From Leucoraja ocellata (lineage: Eukaryota): DNA of 64,000 bases. Positions 1-11,038 of the stretch are shown here, piece after piece. The number at the start of each line of letters is the position of its first letter. The first letter of the stretch is position 1. The notes beneath the pieces were generated by a model. It saw nothing but the letters and a program-made list of their open reading frames with translations, ran no database searches and was not told the DNA's origin. The DNA lies in assembly GCA_036785375.1 (NCBI GenBank), contig JAWMAR010000070.1, positions 4,030,001-4,094,000 of the forward strand, read 5' to 3'. The position numbers and the translations under genes are program-made.

Positions 1-216
1 ATTCTTCACCATTCACACCCACATTGGCTGGGAAGCGCTTTGGAACGACCTGTGCAGGTGGTGAGGGCCGGTGTACAGTATCTGTCTCTCATCGCAATCT
101 AGGTGGAATTCAACACAGCTAAGAAAATGAGTCGGCGGACTCCCTTGTATACTAGAATGTGTATGTTTGTGAAAGGCTAATTTTGCTCTTCAATTTATGA
201 AAGTTGTTTCCTTCAG

Positions 217-534
217 TTTCAGGCGCACTGTGGGCTGAGAGCGAAGTGCGAGGGGTTGTGGGAAGAACGATCTCAATCGATTGTCACTATGCAGCAGTGT
301 ACCGCTCACACACAAAATACTGGTGCCGTGAGACAAGCCGCCAGTGTACACATGTAGTGGAAACAAATGGGAAACGTGGACAGAGCGGAAGAGTGTCAAT
401 CACAGATAACCCGGCACGAGGAATATTTACTGTGACCGTGGAGGATATTCACTCTGGAGATACAGGATGGTACAGATGTGGAATTACTACACCTGGCGAA
501 CCAACATTTAAAGTGCATCTCCAAGTATCTGAAG
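217..534 (+). CDS. Gene A V3 exon, CD300/pIgR-like V-set Ig domain
   Basis: IDCHY..KYWC-x6-C..DTGWYRCG motif; cttcag| acceptor, GAAG|gtaggt donor; 318 nt. Confidence 0.9.
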
Positions 535-3500
535 GTAGGTTTCTCAGTGAGTGACTTGATGTCTCCACTTTGGCAACGGGCAAAATATTTGTTAGGTGGG
601 AATCTGGTGCACAGTTCTGGTCGCCGCTTTATAAAACAAAAGATGTGAAAGGTTTGTAGAGTTTACAGAAACATGTTCACCCGGATATTTAGTAATATTT
701 TACAAATGTAACATTGAAACTGATCCTGTGGCCCACAGAGTCCTCACCAACTAGCGATCACCGGTCACACTAGTTCTATGTTATTCCACTTCCCCATTCG
801 CTCCCTGCACACAATTCTACAATACCGCCATTCACACACCTCATTAGTGCAACAGTATCACTATCAACTATTTTATGCAAGGAAATTAAAAAGTTGTCGA
901 TAGTGATTCTGTTGCACTAATGAAGTGTTTGAATGTTGATATTGTAGAATTGTGGCAGAGGTTTAGATTAAAACATATTAACGGCAGATGCTGGAATTGT
1001 AAAACAAAGAGAGATGGTGCTGCTGTGTCCTGGCACAGTGGCAGACATGGTAGTTCTGGCAGCTGGGAGGATGGAGAGGCACAGAGATAATTAAATCTGG
1101 TAAATTGTGTGGAGAATGAGCAGGGAAGACTTACAAGGATGTTGCGATGACTTGAGGACCTGGCATACGGGGAGAGTTTGAGCAGATTGGGGTTTTATTT
1201 CTTGGAGCGCAGCAGGATGTGGGTTGATCTGATGGCAGGTAAAACATTATGCGAGGAATAGATCGAGTAAATACACAGAGTCTTTTACTCAGAGTAGGGG
1301 AATCCAGAACCGGAGGACATATGTTTAATATGAGGGGGGAATGATTTAACAAGAACCTAGGGAGTAATGTTTTTACATAAAGGTTGGTAGGTACATGACA
1401 TGAACTGCCGACAGAAGTAGTTATGGCAGGTACTATCGTAACATTTAAGAAAATATTGGACAGTTATATGAATATGATATGTTTAGAGGATTAAGGGCCA
1501 AGAAAGGGCAGGTGGAACTAGTGCAGATTGGGCGTGTTGGTCAGCGCGGGCAAGTTAGACCGAAGGGCCTGTGTCTACGCTGCATGACTCTATGACTCTA
1601 TGTAGATGGATGGGTTAGATTCCAACTTGGCGTCTCTGGCTAAGATACAGAGATGGCGGATATTGGCGATTTTCAGATGTTTACTCAGTGTCTGACTGTT
1701 TGCTCCTTTCCCACAGAACCCGTGTCTGTTCCTGTGCTTGGATTCCTGTCACCAGCCAATGTTTCCTGTCTCGGGGGCTCAGTGACAGTGTCCTGTGAGT
1801 CGGTCCGGGGATCGCTTCCCATTAGCTACACCTGGTATGAAAAGACCCCATCTGGGGATTCAAAGATCTCAGACAACAGAGCCCTGGATCTACATTGTCA
1901 ATCCTTCAAACACCAGCACCATCAATATTCTTGCACAGCCTCAAATAATAATGGATCAAAATCCAGTGAAATGGTCAACGTGTCCATCTCCAGCAGTGAC
2001 GTGCCCTGCAGTTTCCTAGTGAAAATCAACGGCACTGGTAAGTAGTGGAGGGAATGAGGAGAAGAAGGGGAAGTGGGGGTGGGGTGGTTCATAAGATCAC
2101 GTGATAGAAGCAGAAATAGACCATTCAATCATGGCTGATCTATCTCCCCTCTTCATCCCATTCTCCTGCCTTCTCCACATAACCCCCGACACCCTGAAAT
2201 CCATGCACGTTATTTAAATGAAGGAATTATGGCCCATTTGTCAATACTTGGTTGCTGGGCTCCAGACATAGATTCCCCAGCGCTGGTGTAGATCAGCTTC
2301 CTGGCTAGAACTTCCTCTTATGTTTACACAGCTTTAAACTGGGTTTGCAGTGACATCAGCCCAAGCACTTTCACTTTCCCGCCATCATCGCCACATGACC
2401 GACACTCAAATATGGGAAGGGAACAGAAACTAGCAGTAAATGTGGCCACAGTTAACTCGTGGACGACGGTATCAGATTTGGTCCACTGTGTTAATGTTGA
2501 CCATTCAGTGCCATCGATACAATCCCATTTACCAGCACCTCGTCCATTGTGGCAATTCAGGCACCTCAGTTTTCTGCGTTTAAAAATATGTCTTGAGACC
2601 CTTGAAACATCCTGCTCATGAACTTAACCATATGTTCTCCACATTTACACATGTCTGTCGTGCAAGTTTTTCTAAAAATACTTAATCTTTGCAGCTCACA
2701 GTTTTGCACACCTGTAATAGGTCCCCCATTCCTCACCTGTTCTGCATGGACTTTTATAAAGCCCCTTCCAACCCCTCCCCATAACTGTAATGTTTCATCC
2801 CAAGCAATATTCCTCTCAAGTGAAATTGCACTCTTTAGATTACATTATGGATACAGGTTTGAAACAGGCTCATCGGCCCACTGAGTACACACAGTCCAGT
2901 ATTCACCAATAGACTAGTTCCATAGGGACAATTTACAAAGCCAATTAACCTACACACCTGCACGACTTGGAACGCTGGGGGAAACTGGAGCACTTGAAGA
3001 AACCCACGCGATCACAGGTAGGAGGGACACATTCCGTATAGACAGCATCCGTAGTCAGGATCAAACCTGGGTCTCTGGCCCTGGAAGGCAGCAACTCCAC
3101 CGCTGCGGCACCGTGCCGTCTACAGAGCCAACGTGGTTAAAAGCATTCCTGCTTATCATGACAACATCTCCCATTTGCTGCAAATCGGAAAATCATACCT
3201 CCTTGCTCAACTGCAAGTGAAAAGCAGTGAAACTGGATTTTATTTCCTTGTTCCAACAGGTCATGAATATTCTTGTGAAAATTCGATAACATCCAATTAC
3301 TCTGCAAGGTAAACCGCTCTGTTTCCAATGAAAATTGCATGTACTAATTGCTGGTGTTTTGATTGGGAATGCTTTAATTGGGGGAAAGTTGTTCCTTCCT
3401 TTCACTGGCATTAAATGCGTGAGAGTATTGATCTGAATGCACAGTGGCAAAGCCTATAGAAACACAGTCTCGCAACGCCACGACATAGGTTTAATGGGTG

Positions 3501-6500
3501 TTGTCTGTGTGTGATCTGCATGTTTTGCCTTTAATTGTGTTGGTTTCATTCAGTTTCCTCCCAGCTCCCAAAGATGTGCCAGTTGTAAATTGTCCCATGT
3601 GTACAGGAGAGTGGCTGAATCTGTGAAGAATGGGTGGGGTGGGGGAGGGGGCAGGGGGGTGGGTGGGGGTGGGGTGGTAGTTGATGAGAAAGTGGGGGAA
3701 ATAAAAATAGGATTGACACAGGAATCATGTGAATGCAGTTGACGGAAATGGCCTGTTTCTATACTGTGTTTCTCTATGGGTCTTTGATCCAATTAACCTA
3801 AATGTCACGAAGCACAATTGTTGTACAAGTTTCAAGCCTGACACCAAATATAACGTATCTATTAAATATTATTTAATACAATAAATATAACTTGCAAACC
3901 AGTTATTAGTTAACTCATCAGAAGGGGAATCGCACTGGTTTACATCTCATTGTGTTGTGTACATGCTTGGATTATAAGAACAAGTTCCTCCATTTGATGC
4001 TTTTCAGAGAGCGCTCCCTGCAGTATTCAACATGACTGCTCCATCACTCACCTCATCCCATGCTGTGAGATTAATATAGTTCCCAAACCTTAGTCTTCCA
4101 GTTTAGCTTTGCTGTGAATTCCTCTTGTGTGGTGCTGATAGGAAAATGCTTTATGAATGATGGGCTACGCCACACTCCCCATGATATCACTTGTGGCAAC
4201 ACCTTGTCATTGATGGGACCATACACCATAAAGTCGCTGGCGCAGAATGTCAGAAAATTGTCTTGAATCAGACCGAATACAGCAAAATGAGTTAACTGAC
4301 TCTCTCTTACTTGTTGATAATTGAAACCATTAAACATTCAATCATAATGTATTCATGAAAATGAGAACACTTTGTTATTTATCTTAATACAATTGAAATA
4401 TATCTGACTTTCTATCACACTCTTGTGTTATACTTGCGTTAGCAAATGTTCATGAAAGCCACGCCGTTATGAGCGAATCTTTAACCGACTTTTCGAACAC
4501 AATTCCTCCATCCACACACCTACCGCGTTGATCCACGAAGTATCCAGGGCGTGACATTAAGCATAATCATTTTAAAATTTATTTTATTAATTGGCCTCAT
4601 CTGTTTCCATTTTTGTTGCCCATCTCCCTTCCATTATTGGAATTGATCCGTTTTTATTATTCCTATCCCAATGGATTTTATTATAAACTTCCTTGCAGCT
4701 GCATTTTATTTCTTCCAGGGTATCACACTGTTCTTTGTATCCTTCCACATCCACAGTTTCCCTCTCCCGTGACTCTCAGTCTGAAGAAGGGTCTCGACCC
4801 GGAACTTCGCGCATTCCTTCTCTCCAGAGAGATGCTGCCACTCCCGCTATTTCTCCAACATTTTGTGTCCATCTGTTTTGTATTCACTGCCCCAACTCAT
4901 TGTATTCCACTGCCCCGACTCATGACTTATTTAGTCTGAAGAAGGGTTTCGGCCCGAAACGTTGCCTATTTCCTTCGCTTCATAGATGCTGCTGCACCCG
5001 CTGAGTTTCTCCAGCTTTTTTGTGTAATCTCGTGATTTATTTATATGTCTTCTCTGAATCCATTTAACCGCGTAGTCTCTCATTCCCAGTCTTGTATCCA
5101 TGCCCCAGCAATGACGTCAACAATTGGTGATCATATGTTGTCCCCCCCCGCCTCCCCACAGTGGAACACCCGTTCTTTTACAAAGATGGTCTCCACTGAC
5201 GCTGCCGCTTCGCCCCGCTCCACTTCACCAAGATTACGAAGCAATTAACAGGTAAATGCTGCAAAGATTAACCGTCTCGTTTCCTCCCATTGACTCTGTA
5301 TTTCTTGACCTTTGCCCAGTTACATCTCATGGAAAGTGGGGCGCTGGATGTTCTTTCTCCTGCTTGTGATCTGGAGTATCTCAACCGCGGTGTTCGCAAG
5401 AGGCTCAAAGGTAGGGTTTACTGTCATCATGTTCATAAATTATAGGAGCAGAATTAGGCCATAGAAACATAGAAAATAGGTGCAGGATTAGGCCATTCGG
5501 ACCTTCGAGTCTGCACCGCCATTCAATATGACCATGGCTGATCATCCAACTCAGTATCCTGTACCTGCCTTCTCTCCATACCCCCTGATCCCTTTAGCCA
5601 CAAGGGCCACATTTAACTCCCTCTTAAATATAGCCAATGAACTGGCCCCAACTACCTTCTGCGGCAGAGAATTCCAGAGATTCACCACTCTCTGTGTGAA
5701 AAAGGTTTTCCTCATCTCAGTCATACAAGATTTCCCCCTTACCTTTAAACTGTGACCCCTTGTTCTGGACTTCCCCAACATCGGGAACAATCTTCCTGCA
5801 TCTAGCCTATCCAACCCCTTAAGAATTTTGTAAGTTTCTATAAGATCCCCCCTCAAACTTCTAAATTCTAGCGAGTACAAACCGAGTATATCCAGTCTTT
5901 CTTCATATGAAAGCCCTGACATCCCAGGAATCAGTCTGGTGAACCTTCTCTGTACTCCCTCTATGGCAAGAATGTATTTCCTCAGATTAGGAAACCAAAA
6001 CTGTACGCAATACTCCAGGTGTGGTCTCACCAAGACCCTATACAACTGCAGTAGAACCTCCCTGCTCCTATACTCAAATCCTTTTGCTATGAATGCTAAC
6101 ATACCATTCGCCTTCTTCACTGCCTGCTGCGCCTGCCTGCTTACTTTTAATGACTGGTGTACCATGACACCCAGGTCTCGTTCCATCTCTCCCTTTCCTA
6201 ATCGGCCACCATTCAGATATACGTCTACTTTCCTGTTTTTGCCACCAAAGTGGATAACCTCACATTTATCCACATTATACTGCATCTGCCATGCATTTGC
6301 CCACTCACCCAGCCTATCCAAGTCACCTTGCAGCCTCCTAGCATCCTCCTCACAGCTAACACTGCTCCCCAGCTTCGTGTCATCCGCAAACTTGGAGATG
6401 TTGCATTCAATCCGCTCGTCCAAATCAATAATATATATCGTAAATAGCTGGGGTCTCATCACTGAGCCTTGCGGTACCCCACTAGTCACTGCCTGCCATT

Positions 6501-8458
6501 GTGAAAAGGACCCGTTTACTCCTACTCTTCCTGTCTGCCAGCCAGTTCTCTATCCACATCAACTAACACATCTAATCATAGACTAACTGGTCTGTAATAC
6601 CCCGTTTTCTCTCTCCCTCCCTTTTTAAAAAGTGGGGTTACATTAGCTACCCTCCAATCCTCAGGAACTACTCCAGAATCTAAAGGGTTTGAAAAATTAT
6701 CACTAATGCATCCACTATTTCTGGGGCTACATCCTTAAGTACTCTGAGGTGCAGCCTATCTGGCCCTGGGGATTTATCGGGCTTTAATCCATTCAATTTA
6801 CCTAACACCACTTCCCGGCTATCCTGGATTTCACTCAGTTCCTCCATCTCATTTGACCCTCGGTCCCCGGCTATTTCCGGCAAATTATTTATGTCTTCCT
6901 TAGTGAAGACAGAACCAAAGTAGTTATTCAATTGGTCTGCCATGTCCTTCTTCCCCATGATCAATTCACCTGTTTCTGACTGCAAGGGACCTACTTTTGA
7001 TTTAACGAATCTTTTTCTCTTCACATATCTATAAAAGCTTTTGCAGTCAGTTTTTATGTTCCCTGCCAGTTTTCTTTCATAATCTATTTTTCCCTTTCCT
7101 AATTAAGCCGTTTGTCCTCCTCTGCTGGTCTCTGGATTTATCCCAGTCCTCTGGTAGGCTGCATTTTCTGGCTAATTTGTACGCTTCATCTTTTGTTTTG
7201 ATACGATCCCTGATTTCCCTTGTTATCCACGGATGCACTACCTTCCCTGATTTATTTTTTTGCCAAACTGAGATGAACAATTGTTGTAGTTCATCCATGC
7301 AGTCTTTAAATGCCTTCCATTGCATATCCACCGTCAACCCATTAAGAATCAATTGCCAGTCTATCTTGGCCAATTCACGTCTCGTACCCTCAAAGTTACC
7401 TTTCTTTAAGTTCATGACCTTTGTTTCTGGATTAACAATGCCACTTTCCATCCTAATGAAGAACCCAACCATATTATGGTCACTCTTGCCCAAGGGGCCA
7501 CGCACAACAAGATTTCTAACTAACCCTTCCTCATTACTCAATACCCAGTCTAGAATAGCCTGCTCTCCCGTTGGTTCCTCTACATGTTGGTTTATAAAAC
7601 TATCCCGCATACATTCCAAGAAATCCTCTCCCTCCATTGAGCTCATCATATCTAATCGGCCCCCAATCACGGCTGATCTATCCTTCTCTCTCGATCCCAT
7701 TCACCTGCCTTCTCCCCATAACCATTGACATCCTTATTTATCAAGAAAATGAAAATCTCCGCATTAAAAATATCAATTAATTTGGACAGATACAAAAATG
7801 CTGGGGTAGCTCAGCGGGACAGGCTGCATCTCCGGTGTGAATTAACTTTGCCTCCACAGCCTCCTGTGGCAATGAAATCCATAGATTTACCAGAAGGGAT
7901 TCGCCCAAAGCAATCCCGTCTCTTCGCCGAATGTGTCCAAACGGTTTCCATTAATGCTTTCATATATCCTGTCCATCGATAGAAACAGAAATCGTGCACG
8001 TTTTCATATCCTGAAGTTAAACCAAATCTCTATGTAGATGAGTTTTTAAGAGGGAACTGCAGATGCTGGAGAATCGAAGGTTACACAGAAAAGCTGGAGA
8101 AACTCAGCGGGTGCAGCAGCATCTATGGAGCGAAGGAAATAGGCTTCGCTCCATAGATGCTGCTGCACCCGCTGAGTTTCTCCAGCTTTTCTGTGTAACC
8201 CTCTATGTAGATGATATCACGAGGTTTTGTCACGTTGTACGCGTGCAGGGTGGATTTCTGTGCCCGGTGTGGGTTCGTTGGCAGTGGATTAGCTAATTCG
8301 TGGATTAGCATCTTGCAGGCAGCAATGTGTTGGGAGTGGTCGGGTCAAATAAAGCGTTGTTCCCACTGTCAGAGAGTCTTCACATTTGACTTCACATTTG
8401 TCTTTTGCAGAGACGCGATGACACAGAACCTCGCCACTCGACCCACGAATTACAATGA
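217..8458 (+). CDS. Gene A (5'-incomplete): MDIR/CD300-like Ig receptor, activating type; exons 217-534, 1717-2037, 3260-3308, 5162-5251, 5320-5410, 8411-8458
   Basis: All junctions are AG/GT with consistent phases (1-1, 1-1, 1-2, 2-2, 2-0, 0-stop); the frame is open; paralogous to gene B exon by exon. Confidence 0.75.
1125..1600 (+). mobile_element. Degenerate CR1-type LINE 3' end (also ~17815-18290 and, interrupted by L1, in genes C and E)
   Basis: Decayed RT C-terminal sequence ending in (gactctat)2-like tail; boundaries approximate. Confidence 0.6.
1717..2037 (+). CDS. Gene A C2b exon, FCRL/PECAM-like C2 Ig domain
   Basis: VSCESVRGSLPISYTW...YSCTASN; ccacag| acceptor, ACTG|gtaagt donor; 321 nt. 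Confidence 0.88.
2930..3118 (-). mobile_element. tRNA-derived HE1/V-SINE-like element (other copies ~19610-19800 -, 36180-36375 -, 38390-38670 +, 43700-43950 +, 47265-47520 +, 61940-62135 -)
   Basis: Head ggcac..cggtagagttgctgcc..gacccgggttcgatcctgactacgg plus ggagtttgtacgttctc core recurs across the window. Confidence 0.6.
3260..3308 (+). CDS. Gene A stalk exon 1 (GHEYSCENSITSNYSA)
   Basis: ttccaacag| ... CAAG|gtaaac; phase 1-2; same length and open in all four copies. Confidence 0.7.
5162..5251 (+). CDS. Gene A stalk exon 2 (Pro-rich, GTPVLLQRWSPLTLPLRPAPLHQDYEAIN)
   Basis: ccccacag| ... ACAG|gtaaat; phase 2-2; open in this frame in 3 copies. Confidence 0.62.
5320..5410 (+). CDS. Gene A transmembrane exon with Arg (YISWKVGRWMFFLLLVIWSISTAVFARGSK)
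   Basis: tttgcccag| ... AAG|gtaggg; hydrophobic helix; phase 2-0. Confidence 0.75.
5460..7637 (-). mobile_element. CR1-clade LINE, 5'-truncated, with an internal deletion; RT ORF 5551-6489
   Basis: TSGVPQGSV..LF.IY..KFADDTK RT motifs; endonuclease end (LGKSDHNMV) in ORF 7077-7700; (catagaaa)2 3' tail. Confidence 0.92.
8042..8200. repeat. Short insertion containing a perfect 57-bp inverted repeat, flanked by a 14-bp direct repeat
   Basis: Arms 8079-8135 and 8144-8200, 8-nt loop; ctctatgtagatga at 8028-8041 and 8201-8214. Confidence 0.85.
8411..8458 (+). CDS. Gene A terminal exon, short tail RRDDTEPRHSTHELQ*
   Basis: ttttgcag| acceptor, phase 0, stop followed by two AATAAA (8656, 8673). Confidence 0.6.
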   Translation, partial: RRDDTEPRHSTHELQ

Positions 8459-8655
8459 AGACTGCTAGCTTGCACCTTCTTAATTTTTGCCACCTCTTCC
8501 AAGGTTTCTTTCGTCAGCTTCGAACTATTGTTTTAACCTTTGCGTGGTTTCTGCTGCTTTAGAGTTTTATACCATGTTAAACTATATTATATGCATACAA
8601 TTTCCTGGATTTTGTTTCACAGATTAATGAATAATAATGCAACAGAATGCTTCTT

Positions 8656-8678
8656 AATAAATGGTTGTTGTCAATAAA
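8656..8678 (+). terminator. Tandem polyadenylation signals of gene A
   Basis: AATAAA at 8656 and 8673, followed by a T/GT-rich tract; same arrangement in gene B. Confidence 0.55.
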
Positions 8679-8704
8679 CGGTTTGTCTAATTTGTTTTGA
8701 TTAG

Positions 8705-8950
8705 ACTGCGATCGTTTCGCTGAACACCTCCATTGAGTCCGCCCCTACCTGATAACCCGGTCGCTAGCCACGGTAACTCCCCCCTCCCATTCCCACACTG
8801 ACATTACTGTCCTGGGCATCCTCCATTGTCAGAGTAAATTGCCGCACAAATTTGAGAAACTGCACCTCATATTTCGCTTGGGCTGGTTATACCCCAGCGG
8901 TGTGAACGTTGACTTCTCTAACTTCAAGTAACCCTTGCATTCCCTCTCAA
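8705..8950 (+). mobile_element. Penelope-like element 3' fragment (copy at ~24309-24553)
   Basis: gatcgtttcgctgaacacctc (DRFAEHL) and cacctcatatttcgcttggg (HLIFRLG), GIY-YIG C-terminal signature. Confidence 0.65.
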
Positions 8951-10874
8951 TCCAACAACCCCCCCCCCCCCCCACCCAATTGGCATGTTATAAATGTAAA
9001 TCGTCCCCAGTGTGCGTGTAATGTGCGGGGATTGCTGGTCAGTGTGGACTCGGTGGGCCGAAGGGCCTTTTCTTCGCTGTATCTCCAAACTAAGCTAAAC
9101 TAAACCAAACTAAACTAGTGGAACGTCTATTCTTGTGCAGAACAAAATGGTTGAGTTGCAGCTTGCAAAGCGCGGGGTGTGAAACTGCAAATACATTGTG
9201 TTGCTTTCCTTAGTCTGACTCGTGACTGTAGCCCCGCCCATGAAAGAACTTTGAAGGATGTTGTTTGCGAATACAAAATGGTGACCTGCAATAACGGAGT
9301 AACCGCCATAAACTTCGGAAAGATTCAAAGATTGCTAAAATGTCCCACTGACAAAGATAAATATTCTCCACACAGTAAGCGGAGAGACACGTAAATGAGA
9401 CCAGAGACTGCTTTGAACTCACAAACCCCCAGGTCAGGGAGGGGTGCTGAATAGCCAGAGATACTTGCAGATTCTGTGGTCACATTGATGCTGCCTGGCC
9501 CGTTCAAATTGAGCTTGTTAATGGTCTAATGGGAGAAATGATCTTGAGTTGGATCATTTCCCCATTGCAGGACGTCTCAAAGTGCCTCTCAGATAATGAG
9601 AGATAAATGGTCTGAGATGCCACAGATATACACAAAATACTGGAGCAACTCCGCGGGAAGGGCGGCATCACTAGAGGGAAAGAACGGGTGACATTTCGGG
9701 TCGATGCCACTGTTGTGTTTAGCGGTGAGTGCTGACTTGCAATGTACTTTAATCTAATATGATCAAACAGTCATTTCTCCCTTTACACTGAATTGTTCTG
9801 CAGTGCTGACACTTTGCTCGCGCTGCTGAAACAAGAGTGTGTAGATTCGTATCTCTGAACCGCATCTTGCGAGCAGCTCGGTGTAACACTGATTGCTGAG
9901 CAGTGTTTGCAGAAGTCATGGGTCAATGGCGAATGAAGACAGGGTTAAGTTGTTTTGCTGCATCGTCGGTTCCTCTCTGCAGTGTTTTAGTTGGGCAAGT
10001 AAACAGGAAATAGATCCCAACAAAAGATCCTTTACTGAGGGTCGCCAACGCTCAGCTAACATCAGTGGCGGACACATCAGTGTGTTACACCCATACCACG
10101 TGATACACAACAATGACACTGATGTACACAACCCGAATAAACTGCACTGTTCACCTGAAAGTAACACATCCAGAACGATAGCCCGCAGCAGATATTAGGT
10201 TATATTATAATGCAACTATAATGTGAAGAAGACAATTTAACAATTCAATTCACCGTGCATATTCTACCTTGCTTTAACTTCAATGAGTATCACTTCAGCA
10301 ATATGCGAAAACAAAAGTTCCAATGATTATATTTAGATCTGCCGATCCATTTACAAAACCATCAAGAGGGAATGATCCGGAAGTGTACACACCTTAGACG
10401 TTTACTCTTCTAAATGTCATATTTTATACAACGTATCATTGTTTACACGAAGGGTCCCGACCCGTAACGTCATCTATTCATTTTCTCCAGAGGTGCTGCC
10501 GGACCCGCAGTGTTGCTCCTGCATTTTTTTGTCTATCAATATTTCCACGATTGTTCAGTATTAACAGACTCTGAGTACAGAGATAACCGGCGCTCCATCG
10601 TTACGGATACATCACACTTGTCGAAGTGGCTGAAGCAGCTGCAATAACAACATGTAACGGCCACTTGGACAGGTCCATGGATAGGGAAGGTTTGGGGAGA
10701 TATGGGTCGAGCGTGGGCAAATTTGACTAACTTAGATGAGCATATTGGTTAAACGCGTTGGGGAGCAGGGCCTGTTTCCGTGACGTATGGCTCTGTGATC
10801 ATCTGACCCAACCATTTGCTAAATATAACCCTGAGCCTTTCACACTAAATCGTGTCGAGCTGCTGCTGGCTCGC

Positions 10875-10898
10875 TGTGGTTCACGATCTGACTTCCTG
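10875..10898 (+). promoter_or_regulatory. Candidate RUNX (TGTGGTT) + ETS (ACTTCCTG) proximal promoter element of gene B
   Basis: Motifs lie ~100-130 nt upstream of the leader ATG; no TATA box seen; motif match only. Confidence 0.35.
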
Positions 10899-11001
10899 TT
10901 CCCTTCTTAGTCATTGCTGTTTGAGAGACGCGGTTGTATCTGAGAGCTCAGAGCTGAGCGACAGACAGACAAGTGCTGGCCTTGTCACTGTGAATAAAAC
11001 A

Positions 11002-11038
11002 ATGTGGATTCCCATTCTTCTCATCGCCTCGCTGCCGG
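11002..11038 (+). CDS. Gene B leader exon MWIPILLIASLP
   Basis: aaaacaATG, hydrophobic peptide, CCGG|gtgagt; three copies in window. Confidence 0.85.

Noticed and set aside
3631-3678. G-run tract (potential G-quadruplex), plus poly-C/G runs at ~8958, 21819, 24563, 28446
   Set aside because: Lengths vary freely between paralogues; simple low-complexity sequence with no functional evidence
4719-5004. Possible extra Ser/Thr-rich exon after ttcttccag (ORF 4693-5004)
   Set aside because: Runs straight into a Penelope-type terminal repeat, has no clear donor, and is frameshifted in gene E
5939-6586. 215-aa + strand ORF (and 22628-23257, 7177-7728)
   Set aside because: Antisense shadow of CR1 ORF2
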